Shown: positions 1 to 8,704 of the stretch, one piece after another
Layout of the letters: every line of letters starts with the position of its first letter
Position numbering within the stretch: the first letter of the stretch is position 1
IMG/VR virus record: IMGVR_UViG_3300037234_000386
Span: 1-64,000 of that record
Source: a virus
Reading direction: 5' to 3' (one strand)
Length of the DNA: 64,000 nucleotides
Position numbers and translations under genes: made by a program
The notes under the pieces: generated by a model
The model's database searches: none
The model's input: only the letters and a program-made list of their open reading frames with translations
Told to the model about the DNA's origin: nothing

Positions 1-151
1 CAAAAGACATTTTAAAAGAGAAGAAATTCACCGTAGAGGTAGCTTACAGCTATGGAGAAAAGATTGTAACCATCAAAACGTTGGCTAATTTAAGTGATGA
101 TTTATTTGAAGACCTTGCACCGATACTAAACAAACACCTAAAATAATTACT

Positions 152-559
152 ATGAACGCTGAAGATCAATTAGTAATACTTATTGCTATCTGTGTTATTG
201 GAATGATAGCTGTGTATATTTTTAGACAGAAACAGAGAACGAACACTATTCAACAAAAGAGCGAGAAAAGAATACCCACTTGTGTAGCAGGGGGCGAACA
301 CATGAAATACTTAGCCACCCAAACAATAACTATCAAGAAACATTATGTAATTAGATATTATACCAAAGAAGGGACGAGTGATTGTATCTTGAGATGTCCA
401 TTTTATAATGGGCGTTTTGACGAGGCTACAATAGGAAGTATTAGATGTTACATGTGCCCAGACAGAGAGCATGATGATGAATTACAGCAACAGGGATACA
501 TAGTATGCTCAAACAGTGGTTTCCGTAACTATGAAAAAGCTAGAGTACTTAAAAATTGA
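152..559 (+). CDS. hypothetical protein, N-terminal TM helix, Cys-rich C-terminus
   Basis: ORF with hydrophobic N-terminus; tightly packed + strand operon. Confidence 0.6.
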   Translation: MNAEDQLVILIAICVIGMIAVYIFRQKQRTNTIQQKSEKRIPTCVAGGEHMKYLATQTITIKKHYVIRYYTKEGTSDCILRCPFYNGRFDEATIGSIRCYMCPDREHDDELQQQGYIVCSNSGFRNYEKARVLKN

Positions 560-743
560 TGGAATGTTTACAGATATATCAAAAGAACCAAGAACTAGCA
601 AAGGATATTATATAGTATCTGGATTTGTAGGAAAAGAGAAAGTGTTGCTTATGACAGATTATTGGGATGGAAATAAATGGGATAATATTACCAGAGAGGT
701 GTGTTATATCAATATACCACCCTCCCATATAGAAAGAGACTAA
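531..743 (+). CDS. hypothetical phage protein
   Basis: ORF 516..743; internal ATG (MKKLEY) is the more plausible start. Confidence 0.5.
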   Translation: MKKLEYLKIDGMFTDISKEPRTSKGYYIVSGFVGKEKVLLMTDYWDGNKWDNITREVCYINIPPSHIERD

Positions 744-769
744 GTAAATTATCTAATAAAAACTGAACT

Positions 770-973
770 ATGAAAACTTCAGATGTAAAATGCAATAAGA
801 CCTACATGTTAGGGGATGAGATGGTCACAGTAATCGAAAGGAAACATGGTCGATACACAAACAAACCCAATATGCAATCGGGTGAAATGTTCACAGGGAT
901 GAAAAGAGAGCAAAAGAAATTTCTGTTGAGTAATGGCGAAATTGTAAAGGCTCAAAGATTAACGGAAATATAA
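770..973 (+). CDS. hypothetical phage protein
   Basis: ATG after A-rich leader, operon context. Confidence 0.6.
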   Translation: MKTSDVKCNKTYMLGDEMVTVIERKHGRYTNKPNMQSGEMFTGMKREQKKFLLSNGEIVKAQRLTEI

Positions 974-994
974 AAAACACCTAAAGCACAAGCT

Positions 995-1393
995 ATGATA
1001 CTAGGATTTTTAAAGGGCTTTAACGTCAACGGCAGACGTAAGGAAACGGATTTCGAGAATAAGATAAAGAAGGGTATAAAACTCCATACCATTCGGGTTG
1101 ATGGAAAAAACAGGTGGAGAAAGGGAATGAAGATTCATTTCGCCACAGGAAACAGAACCCCTCAGTACAATTGCTTTAAAGAGGGAGTCTGCACAGGAAC
1201 TCAAACTATTGAGATAAGGGATCATTATTCTGTGTTGATAGGAGGCAGAATGCAAACCAACGATCAAATACAAGACATTGCTATAAACGATGGTTTTGAC
1301 ACCATTGAGGACTTTTGGGCATGGTTTGACCAATACACACCATTTACAGGAAAGATTATTCACTGGACTAATATTCGTTACGATGAATTTTAA
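995..1393 (+). CDS. ASCH/PUA-like domain protein
   Basis: KxHTIR motif, GMKIHF, and C-terminal A-x-x-DGF-x-x-x-EDF-x-x-WF, typical of phage ASCH proteins. Confidence 0.65.
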   Translation: MILGFLKGFNVNGRRKETDFENKIKKGIKLHTIRVDGKNRWRKGMKIHFATGNRTPQYNCFKEGVCTGTQTIEIRDHYSVLIGGRMQTNDQIQDIAINDGFDTIEDFWAWFDQYTPFTGKIIHWTNIRYDEF

Positions 1394-1403
1394 AAGATAA
1401 GCT

Positions 1404-1616
1404 ATGCAAAAGACAGTAAATTGCAAGAATGATACCGGCAGCTATAGTTTTACGATAACGACTTATACCGAAAAAGAAGATTTTGAAAAGGCTCACAAAA
1501 AACACACTTCTTCAAAGATTGCTAAGAGTTGCTTAGGATGGGTTTTTAGAGTAACTGATGGTAAGCGTTTACTAGAACAACACCAATGGTGCTATGGACA
1601 CATAAAGAAGGGATAA
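1404..1616 (+). CDS. hypothetical phage protein
   Basis: ORF in operon. Confidence 0.55.
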   Translation: MQKTVNCKNDTGSYSFTITTYTEKEDFEKAHKKHTSSKIAKSCLGWVFRVTDGKRLLEQHQWCYGHIKKG

Positions 1617-1619
1617 ATA

Positions 1620-1883
1620 ATGGAATTAGAATTTACAATACAGGAACTAAAGGATGCAATAAAAGCTACTCATCTTATTAAAATGCAGAATACTATAGAC
1701 GAAGTTATCAAACGCCTTCGCTATATAGAGAAAGAGCACAAGGAGGGTAAAGCTAAGTTTAGTGGAATTGAACATTTAACACTTGTATTACAATCTGGAT
1801 ACATAACAATGAGTATGTATTTAAAGATGCGAGAGATTATAGAAAATCCAGAAACACCTTACGAAATAACAATAAAATCATGA
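1620..1883 (+). CDS. hypothetical phage protein
   Basis: ORF; ATGA overlap with next gene. Confidence 0.6.
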   Translation: MELEFTIQELKDAIKATHLIKMQNTIDEVIKRLRYIEKEHKEGKAKFSGIEHLTLVLQSGYITMSMYLKMREIIENPETPYEITIKS

Positions 1884-2224
1884 TAGAAGAAAGAATAGGA
1901 ATGGAAAACAATGAGATTAAGCTTATCAAGAAGAATGATGAATTAGTTTCAAAGATAATGGAGCAGCGCAAGTTATCGGAAGATAAGGCTCAGTTAGTAA
2001 AGAGCATGATGCGCTATAACATGTGGACAATGAAGCAGTTTTGTGACCTTACGGGTTACAAGGAGAGCACAGTAACCAACCTCACCAGACCATCATACAA
2101 TAAAAACAATGATGTGATTACTCAATTAGACTTTTGTTATCCTCTCAGGTCGTTAGATCGCAAGGGACCAAAATTCATTGTTAGAAACGAGAAGAGTGAA
2201 CAATTCTTACCTAAAGTAGACTAA
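1880..2224 (+). CDS. hypothetical protein, possible HTH DNA-binding
   Basis: WTMKQFCDLTGYKESTVTNL resembles an HTH. Confidence 0.55.
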   Translation: MIEERIGMENNEIKLIKKNDELVSKIMEQRKLSEDKAQLVKSMMRYNMWTMKQFCDLTGYKESTVTNLTRPSYNKNNDVITQLDFCYPLRSLDRKGPKFIVRNEKSEQFLPKVD

Positions 2225-2227
2225 AAC

Positions 2228-4255
2228 ATGCCATTAGATTTTTCAGACTTAGGGATAAAGACAAAGAATGCAAAAAGATATGCTACCACGTGTCCAGAGT
2301 GCAGTCACAATAGAAAAAAGCAATCAGCACCATGCTTAACTGTTAACGATGAACCGAACAACAGATGGTATAAGTGCTGGAATTGTGGCTTTAGTGGAAA
2401 TTTAGATGTGCAGGACAAGTACGAAGCGGTCAGAGAGAAAGCCAAGATGCCCAATCTACGGAAAGCATTCACCCAAAAAGCTAAAGCATACATTAAAACT
2501 TGGGGCATTAGTGAAAAGACATTAAAGCATTTTGAAATTTACGAAGGAGTGATATTTGGTAAATTACAACTAAACTTTCCATTTTTCATGCATCATACAT
2601 TAGTAAATGTAAAACATCTAAATGCAGAATGGAAAAAAGGAGACAACTATTCCAAATGGTATCAACTATCCCTTAAAGAAGGGGAAGAGAGAAAGATACT
2701 CCCGTTTGGAATAAACAAGATAAAAACCCACGATGAAGATGGTGTTAAAATACCTAATTTAAGGCTCTTAATTACAGAAGGAGAAAAAGATTGTGTCACA
2801 TTTTTCGAGTGTGAATACGAAAATGTAATATCAGTTCCACAAGGAGCACCTTCACTTAACGCCAAAGATTTTAAGAAAGAATTTGCATGGTTAAATGATC
2901 CATATGTAAAAACTATCTTGGATGAAGTAGAATATTTCTATTTAGCCGTAGACGCAGATGAACCGGGTAAAAAGCTTTGCCATCATCTATCTGAAATACT
3001 AGGCAAAGAAAAATGTAGAATAATTCAATACCCCACAGGATACAAAGATATTAACGAAGTATTCATGGGCGATGAAAAAAAGGGACTAAAAGCATTGGGC
3101 AAAGATGGAGTTGACGAGTGTTATAAAAACATAAAATCTATTGCTATCAAGGGAATAATTAGGATTCATGAAGTTTATGACAAGATACTTGAAATAAGAA
3201 AGAATGGATTTGTTCCAGGATTTGGAGTTGGGGATAAAGATGTAGATTATCTTTTCACGATGAAGAGAAAGCTTTTGATGGTAATTACAGGCGTACCAGG
3301 GGCGGGTAAGAGCGTTTGGGCAAGGTGGTGGATTGTTAAAATGATAATTCACAATGTTGACTTGGACTTAAAATGGGCAATGTTTACACCAGAAAACAGA
3401 CCAGTAGAGAGGGAATATGCCAAAATACTAGAAGTTTTCACAGGGCAATTGCTAAAAGAGGATTCACACAATAGCATGAGTGATGATGTGCTAAGAAAAG
3501 CTTCTAGATGGATACATAAGCACATAATGATAATAGCTCCAGACAAATACAACCACGAATCTTTTGGAGGAACGGTTAATAATGATAACCACAATACTCT
3601 TGATTCTATTCATAAATACGTAATCTATTTAAAGAAGACAGAAAATATTTTTGGTTACATGATCGATGCTTGGAATAAGATAGAACACGAACAACCAAAA
3701 AATCAAACCGAAACACAATTTATAAGCAAACAGTTAGATAAGGTTCTTTCGTTTGGGGATTATTGGGATGTAGCAACTATTATAATAGCTCATCCTACAA
3801 AAATAGAGATGGTGGGAGAAAACTTTAAAATGCCTTCTCTTTATAGCATAAAGGGATCTTCAGCATGGAAAGAAAAAACAGATATTGGTGTAATCATACA
3901 TCGTTATAAGATGAAGAAGTTATCTGCAAAAGAAGCAATGGAGAAGGGTATTGACTTAGCTTCATGCGATGATGATGAAAAATGGGAAGTTATGCCAAAG
4001 GCACCTAATATTATATTTACGGAAAAAATTAAATTTGAAGAAACTGGGCATGAGAGCAGGGTAAAGATGGAGATGAGGGGATTTGGACAGTTCTTCGTAA
4101 TAAAGAATGGAGATCAAAAATCACTACCTCCACCAGAAGAGCCTAAAAAAAACACCAATAAAAGCAAGCAGCAAAAGATTGAGCACCCTGATTCTAGAAC
4201 GGAGTCTGTAGCTAAGGTATTTGACGATGATGAATGGGATGATTTGCCTTTCTAG
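2228..4255 (+). CDS. bifunctional DNA primase-helicase (T7 gp4/Twinkle-like)
   Basis: Zn finger CPEC...CWNC, TOPRIM ITEGEKD...DAD, SF4 Walker A GVPGAGKS, IDAWN, AHP, IKGS motifs. Confidence 0.93.
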   Translation: MPLDFSDLGIKTKNAKRYATTCPECSHNRKKQSAPCLTVNDEPNNRWYKCWNCGFSGNLDVQDKYEAVREKAKMPNLRKAFTQKAKAYIKTWGISEKTLKHFEIYEGVIFGKLQLNFPFFMHHTLVNVKHLNAEWKKGDNYSKWYQLSLKEGEERKILPFGINKIKTHDEDGVKIPNLRLLITEGEKDCVTFFECEYENVISVPQGAPSLNAKDFKKEFAWLNDPYVKTILDEVEYFYLAVDADEPGKKLCHHLSEILGKEKCRIIQYPTGYKDINEVFMGDEKKGLKALGKDGVDECYKNIKSIAIKGIIRIHEVYDKILEIRKNGFVPGFGVGDKDVDYLFTMKRKLLMVITGVPGAGKSVWARWWIVKMIIHNVDLDLKWAMFTPENRPVEREYAKILEVFTGQLLKEDSHNSMSDDVLRKASRWIHKHIMIIAPDKYNHESFGGTVNNDNHNTLDSIHKYVIYLKKTENIFGYMIDAWNKIEHEQPKNQTETQFISKQLDKVLSFGDYWDVATIIIAHPTKIEMVGENFKMPSLYSIKGSSAWKEKTDIGVIIHRYKMKKLSAKEAMEKGIDLASCDDDEKWEVMPKAPNIIFTEKIKFEETGHESRVKMEMRGFGQFFVIKNGDQKSLPPPEEPKKNTNKSKQQKIEHPDSRTESVAKVFDDDEWDDLPF

Positions 4256-4307
4256 CGCAGCAATAACCGAAACTAAAGCGTTTGGCGTAGTTGAGGTAAT
4301 GGAATGT

Positions 4308-4426
4308 AACGTTTAGCTAAGAATTGAAGCGGCTAAACTCGCAGTATTTAACGAATAGAGACTAATTAAATTGATTAATACAAACCTAGGCATGCGACAA
4401 CCCCGCTTTTATTTTTAGCTGTTGTT
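4308..4426 (+). repeat. attC-like site 1
   Basis: AAC GTTT AGCTAAGAATTGAAGCGG ... CCGCTTTTATTTTTAGCT GTT GTT. Confidence 0.85.
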
Positions 4427-4448
4427 ATAGCCTGTATTTTAGAAGATT

Positions 4449-4733
4449 ATGAAAACGAAAAGAATTTGGAAATTTGAATTAGAGACTACCGACAGACAAA
4501 CTGTAGCAATGCCAGAAAATGCGGAAATACTAACAGTGCAGACGCAAAATGAAACACCTTGCATATGGGCTATAGTTGAGCCTGAAAACAAGAAAGTAAG
4601 GCGAGTGTTTGAAATATTTGGCACAGGAAACCAAGTAAATTGTAATGAAGATACCGAGCGAAACTATATAGGTACATACCAATTGAGACAAGGTAGCTTA
4701 GTGTTTCATTTATTTGAAGATACCGCAATATAG
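4449..4733 (+). CDS. cassette 1 gene, conserved small phage protein
   Basis: Flanked by GTTATAGCCTGTATT / AATATAGGCTATAAC; IWKF...ILTVQ...WA...GTG...YIGT...VFHLFE pattern. Confidence 0.8.
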   Translation: MKTKRIWKFELETTDRQTVAMPENAEILTVQTQNETPCIWAIVEPENKKVRRVFEIFGTGNQVNCNEDTERNYIGTYQLRQGSLVFHLFEDTAI

Positions 4734-4738
4734 GCTAT

Positions 4739-5230
4739 AACGTGTGCATAAACCAAGTACGCAAGTTTAGATAGAATTATAATTGAAATACTAATTAAAA
4801 ATAAAAAAGCGATGGATTTTAAAAAAGAAATTATTAAGATTATGGTAGATGCTCAAGAAAAAGTAAAGATGGGCAGCGATGGTGATTACAGCCAAGAGGT
4901 TGCAGTATTAGCCGATGATTATGATGATGTAGCGGGAAAAATATATGAAGGACTTATAAAAAAGCTACAACACCACAGAGACACTACTATTGGCTTATAT
5001 GCTACTGATAAAGAAATAGGAAAACTCCTTCATTTATTTTGGCAAAGCAGCTCAGACGCTTGCCCATTAGAATGCGGCGAGGCTGAAAAGCAAGAGATTG
5101 AATTTGAGAAATGGGTTAAGGGTATTAGTTTTAGAATTGATTAAGCGTGTAGGCTTTTATTTTTAATTGCCTAAATAACCTAAGAACTTAAATTGAAAAC
5201 AACCCTAAGTATTGGGTTTGATGCGTTGTT
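4739..5230 (+). repeat. attC-like site 2 (gene in loop)
   Basis: AAC GTGT GCATAAACCAAGTAC ... GTATTGGGTTTGATGC GTT GTT; extra G in right arm. Confidence 0.8.
4812..5144 (+). CDS. cassette 2 loop gene, hypothetical
   Basis: ORF lies wholly between the arms of site 2. Confidence 0.75.
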   Translation: MDFKKEIIKIMVDAQEKVKMGSDGDYSQEVAVLADDYDDVAGKIYEGLIKKLQHHRDTTIGLYATDKEIGKLLHLFWQSSSDACPLECGEAEKQEIEFEKWVKGISFRID

Positions 5231-5253
5231 ATAAACTTTTAAAAAATACCCTT

Positions 5254-5394
5254 ATGGAAACTAAATACAGAGTGAGAATATTTCAAGATAACACTTATGA
5301 AGTTATAGAAAAAGAAACAGGCGACAGTATGTTTCAAGGAACATTAGCTGATTGCGAAGCGTGGATTAGATTAGAAGTAGGCGGGTATTTTTAA
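5254..5394 (+). CDS. cassette 2 second gene, 46 aa hypothetical
   Basis: ATG at 5254; flanked by GTTATAAACTTTTAAAAAATACCC / GGGTATTTTTAATTGTTTTATAAT. Confidence 0.65.
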   Translation: METKYRVRIFQDNTYEVIEKETGDSMFQGTLADCEAWIRLEVGGYF

Positions 5395-5403
5395 TTGTTT
5401 TAT

Positions 5404-5524
5404 AATGGCAAGTATAAGAATAGTGGCGTAATTAATAGAATAAATTTAACTTAAAAACAAATATTGATATGAAAAAAATAAACTTTAAGAACCTAAGTAT
5501 TAGACATTATTTTTATATAGTGTT
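5404..5524 (+). repeat. attC-like site 3
   Basis: AAT GGCAA GTATAAGAATAGTG ... CATTATTTTTATAT AGT GTT. Confidence 0.8.
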
Positions 5525-5786
5525 AAAAGCTTTTATTCAATTTCAGATTAACAATGGAATGTTTAAGCATCAATATTGCTTCGAGCGGGGGCAATGGCTT
5601 AAATACAATTGGAAAGCTAAAATAATGATTGATACTGCAATTAAAGATAAGCTTCACCCGAGGCAATTTTATAGATACTTATATAAATATCCAGATAGGA
5701 ATGTGGAATTTGACAACGAAGATAGCTGCTCTGCATTTTGGGTGCGAGGGCTTTACTTTTGGGAAAAGAAACCTAATTGCTTTTAA
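5469..5786 (+). CDS. cassette 3 gene, hypothetical
   Basis: Starts in the loop of site 3; its TAA stop coincides with the junction GCTTTTAAT. Confidence 0.7.
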   Translation: MKKINFKNLSIRHYFYIVLKAFIQFQINNGMFKHQYCFERGQWLKYNWKAKIMIDTAIKDKLHPRQFYRYLYKYPDRNVEFDNEDSCSAFWVRGLYFWEKKPNCF

Positions 5787-5905
5787 TGGTAAATGTATGA
5801 AACGGTGGGATTTGAAACACGAAACCGACAAATAAAATATAAATTTAAACAAAGCTAGTGGGCTAATAATTGCACCTTAACCCCACTGTTTTATGACATA
5901 TTGTT
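5785..5905 (+). repeat. attC-like site 4
   Basis: AAT GGTAA ATGTATGAAACGGTGGG ... CCCACTGTTTTATGACAT ATT GTT; extra G. Confidence 0.85.
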
Positions 5906-5922
5906 AAGGTGCGTTATTTATT

Positions 5923-6144
5923 ATGAAAAATGCAACTGCTGAAATTCATTTGAGTATGAATGTTGAATGCCCCCATTGTGAGGATGACATAAATTTACTT
6001 GAATTAACTGAACTGACGGATGACGGATGGATTTATAATAAAACAATGCCTGATGACCGAACATGGGGTTGTGAGGATTTTAGATACAAGCTACAATGTC
6101 CAAGCTGTAAAGAAAATTTTATGATTAAGGATGTAATTTATTAA
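5923..6144 (+). CDS. cassette 4 gene, Zn-ribbon protein
   Basis: CPHC...CPSC; flanked by GTTAAGGTGCGTTA / TAATGCACCCTAAC. Confidence 0.8.
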   Translation: MKNATAEIHLSMNVECPHCEDDINLLELTELTDDGWIYNKTMPDDRTWGCEDFRYKLQCPSCKENFMIKDVIY

Positions 6145-6152
6145 TGCACCCT

Positions 6153-6204
6153 AACGATGGTTGTAAGATTTCGTTGTTTTTCACAATGAATTTTACAACG
6201 TGTT
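6153..6204 (+). repeat. attC-like site 5 (shortest, ~52 nt)
   Basis: AAC GATG GTTGTAAGATTTCGTTG ... CAATGAATTTTACAAC GT GTT. Confidence 0.88.
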
Positions 6205-6277
6205 AGCTGACTGGTGCGAATAATTTAGTACAAACTTAAATACGAAAAACAAACAAAAATATTTTAAATTTTTAGCG

Positions 6278-6862
6278 ATGGAAGAAAAAATACTGTATTG
6301 TGGGATGGCAGATGATATTCTGACACCAATGATTTTAGTCCCAAATTTTACTAATCTTTTTGTGATTGACATATTTGATATTGCTTTTGCGAAAGAAAGA
6401 ACTTGGGATGGACAGAAAAAAGATATACTACAATGTTTGAAAAATGGCAATAATGAAAAATCGCATCATAGAGAAGTTTATTTGTATTATGACAAAAGTA
6501 CACCAACATATTCAATAGATGAGAGATGCGACATAATAGAGGAAGTTGAGAATGGTAAAATTTGGAGAGTAAAATTTACATATAATGACATTGAAAGGCA
6601 GTTGATTTATTTCCATCACACAAATTTTATTGCAAATTGGGATAATGAAATTAAAGATATTTCTCATCTAATGTGTATGGGTGCAGAATTCCCAATAGAA
6701 AAAAAAGTACTCAATAAAATGATAAAGGAAAGATGCAATGAGAAATGCAAATTTTTCGACCAATTTGCAGAATTTGACAATACGATAAAGGCAAATGCAA
6801 TAGGAAGAGATATTTTTATCAATGACTTAGAAAATGTATTATGTGCGGTGGGGAAAATTTAA
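6278..6862 (+). CDS. cassette 5 gene, hypothetical (possible Rossmann-like fold)
   Basis: 194 aa ORF; segment bounded by GTTAGCTG / CAGCTAAT. Confidence 0.75.
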   Translation: MEEKILYCGMADDILTPMILVPNFTNLFVIDIFDIAFAKERTWDGQKKDILQCLKNGNNEKSHHREVYLYYDKSTPTYSIDERCDIIEEVENGKIWRVKFTYNDIERQLIYFHHTNFIANWDNEIKDISHLMCMGAEFPIEKKVLNKMIKERCNEKCKFFDQFAEFDNTIKANAIGRDIFINDLENVLCAVGKI

Positions 6863-6914
6863 AATATTTTGAACCGAAATGTTAATACGAAGAACGAACG
6901 TAGCACTTGCAGCT

Positions 6915-7103
6915 AATGGACAAGGCTAAGATTAGTTGCGTATTATTAAAAAACAAATAAAATAAGTACATATGAGTAATTTAACAGAAGACCAAATAAA
7001 TGCAGTAATTGATTGGATGAATAACTGGGAACAATTGAAAGATACTGTAATTCCGATACGTTTCAAAGAGGATTGGACTAAGCAATTAAATTTAGCTGAT
7101 GTT
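6915..7103 (+). repeat. attC-like site 6
   Basis: AAT GGACAA GGCTAAGATTAGTTGC ... GCAATTAAATTTAGCT GAT GTT. Confidence 0.82.
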
Positions 7104-7262
7104 AACCACAGTATTTTTAAACCACCATTAGGATTGAAACCTAAATTTATACACGACCAACATCGACAAAGTGAAATAATGGCTGCAATAGCAAGATATT
7201 TAGATGTAGGTAAAACACCACCTAAAGAATGGGCGATTGAATTTGCCTCATATTGTGGTTAA
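6972..7262 (+). CDS. cassette 6 gene, hypothetical
   Basis: Reads through the right arm of site 6 (KQLNLADVNHS); stop TAA lies in TGTGGTTAAC. Confidence 0.75.
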   Translation: MSNLTEDQINAVIDWMNNWEQLKDTVIPIRFKEDWTKQLNLADVNHSIFKPPLGLKPKFIHDQHRQSEIMAAIARYLDVGKTPPKEWAIEFASYCG

Positions 7263-7392
7263 CGTGTTGTATAAACTCAGTAACGTAATTAACCGCAACC
7301 GCTCAATTGAAAAACTACTGATTCCGTTTTTATTTTTTAGGGAGGGTTTTATTTTTTTTACCTTTATATTAGGATAATAAATATATTACCCT

Positions 7393-7400
7393 TATATTTG
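7393..7400 (+). promoter_or_regulatory. Bacteroidota sigma-A -7 box inside cassette 7
   Basis: TATATTTG matches TAnnTTTG, 22 nt before ATG 7423. Confidence 0.55.
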
Positions 7401-7422
7401 GGTATAATTAAAAAGCTAAAAA

Positions 7423-7623
7423 ATGAATTACGTAAAAACAATAAAGACAACACTTAGAAAAACTAACAACACTTCAGGGGCTATGGATGATTATTTTACC
7501 TCTAAAAAGGAATTGGATAAAATTGATTTAGCTTTTTATAAAAGTGGAAGTTTAATATTTATAGAAGATGAAAATCAAGTTTATAGAATACACCAAAAAG
7601 AAGTTTTAACGCTTAAAAAATAA
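7423..7623 (+). CDS. cassette 7 loop gene A, hypothetical
   Basis: ORF downstream of promoter box. Confidence 0.7.
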   Translation: MNYVKTIKTTLRKTNNTSGAMDDYFTSKKELDKIDLAFYKSGSLIFIEDENQVYRIHQKEVLTLKK

Positions 7624-7626
7624 ATA

Positions 7627-7815
7627 ATGCTTGAGTGGCTAATAAAAAACAAAGATTCGTTAAGTCTTAGAGGCATAGAACGACAATTAGACATGCCAGA
7701 TACTACGTTGGTAAAAGCTGTAAACGGTAGCCAAAACCTACCTAAAAAGTGGATTGAACCGCTAAATAAATTCCTAATGGTTTTGCAAAAACCAACGAGC
7801 GTTGGCAAAAAATAA
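7627..7815 (+). CDS. cassette 7 loop gene B, small HTH protein
   Basis: LSLRGIERQLDMPDTTLVKAVNG is an XRE/Cro-like HTH. Confidence 0.7.
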   Translation: MLEWLIKNKDSLSLRGIERQLDMPDTTLVKAVNGSQNLPKKWIEPLNKFLMVLQKPTSVGKK

Positions 7816-7915
7816 AAACATTAGCTGTGAATTTCACTATGAAAAACTTAGCAGTTATTGATTTTATACGTTGTTGTATTGAACGACTAAAAGGAGTGGC
7901 GTTTTAATGCAATAC

Positions 7916-8037
7916 AACGTTGAGTATATAGCAAATTGCTTATTAATAAATAAAACAAAAACTTTGAATATGATTACAAAATATGTAAATACTTGGAGAC
8001 TTAAAAAATGGCAAAGCAATTTGCTATATACATTGTT
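7916..8037 (+). repeat. attC-like site 8
   Basis: Perfect 18-bp stem GTATATAGCAAATTGCTT / AAGCAATTTGCTATATAC between AAC and GTT. Confidence 0.9.
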
Positions 8038-8209
8038 AGGGTTAGTTTACTCTACAAAGATTGTAAAGGGTGATAAAATTAGATGTTATGGAATAGGTTA
8101 CCCTCATTGGAAAGGCGAGGAATTTGAATGTACACTAGACTTTAAGGATGGAACAATAGGTGTAAGAAATGCAGTAAGGGTAGCCGAGAAAGATTTTAGG
8201 AAACTATAA
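7970..8209 (+). CDS. cassette 8 gene, hypothetical
   Basis: In-frame ATG 7970 after A-rich leader in the loop; segment GTTAGGGTTAGTTTA / TAAATTAACCCTAAC. Confidence 0.65.
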   Translation: MITKYVNTWRLKKWQSNLLYTLLGLVYSTKIVKGDKIRCYGIGYPHWKGEEFECTLDFKDGTIGVRNAVRVAEKDFRKL

Positions 8210-8218
8210 ATTAACCCT

Positions 8219-8496
8219 AACGTTTATTTAAGGGCAGTGCTAAATAACGAGAGAATTTAAAACGTGAATTATAAATTAACAATTTAGAAGCGATGGCAGA
8301 TAATAGAATATATGGATATTACTGGGTGAAAATAAATGAAAAGTGGGAACCCGCATTATGGAATAGTAAAAAGCAGTGGATATTGATCGGATTTGAAAAA
8401 CCTGCTTTAGTGGATGAGGTTGGTGAACTTATTATGCGTGATGGCAAAAAGCCAACAAGCGAGCCTGATACTCAGGCATTGCCTTTAAATGTTGTT
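8219..8496 (+). repeat. attC-like site 9
   Basis: AAC GTTT ATTTAAGGGCAGTGCT ... GGCATTGCCTTTAAAT GTT GTT. Confidence 0.85.
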
Positions 8497-8691
8497 AGCT
8501 TTAACGAAGCCTGTGAATGTGATAACACCGAAGTTTGCGGTATATGCTTTCGTAAAAAAGGATATGAAATAATTGATAACGAACTAAAATTCACAGGCGT
8601 AGAGGAGGTTTGCGATAAATGCGAAGAACCATTTAGCTACAAGGGAGAATATAGGAACATTTGCTTTAAATGCGAAGATGATTTTATTTAG
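8293..8691 (+). CDS. cassette 9 gene: small beta domain plus Cys-rich Zn-binding domain
   Basis: GYYWVK N-terminal domain, linker encoded by the hairpin arm (QALPLNVVS), then CEC/CGIC/CDKC/CFKC. Confidence 0.75.
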   Translation: MADNRIYGYYWVKINEKWEPALWNSKKQWILIGFEKPALVDEVGELIMRDGKKPTSEPDTQALPLNVVSFNEACECDNTEVCGICFRKKGYEIIDNELKFTGVEEVCDKCEEPFSYKGEYRNICFKCEDDFI

Positions 8692-8704
8692 CAAACTTAA
8701 AGCT

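Larger units (their letters stand above)
7261..7875 (+). repeat. attC-like site 7 (two genes in loop)
   Basis: AAC GTGT TGTATAAACTCAGTAAC ... GTTATTGATTTTATACG TT GTT. Confidence 0.8.

Noticed and set aside
5629-5835. ORF crossing cassette junction 3/4; also the 5212 and 7907 upstream starts
   Set aside because: It overlaps a better ORF in another frame, or uses a non-ATG or leaderless start. In-frame ATGs at 5254 and 7970 have typical A-rich leaders.
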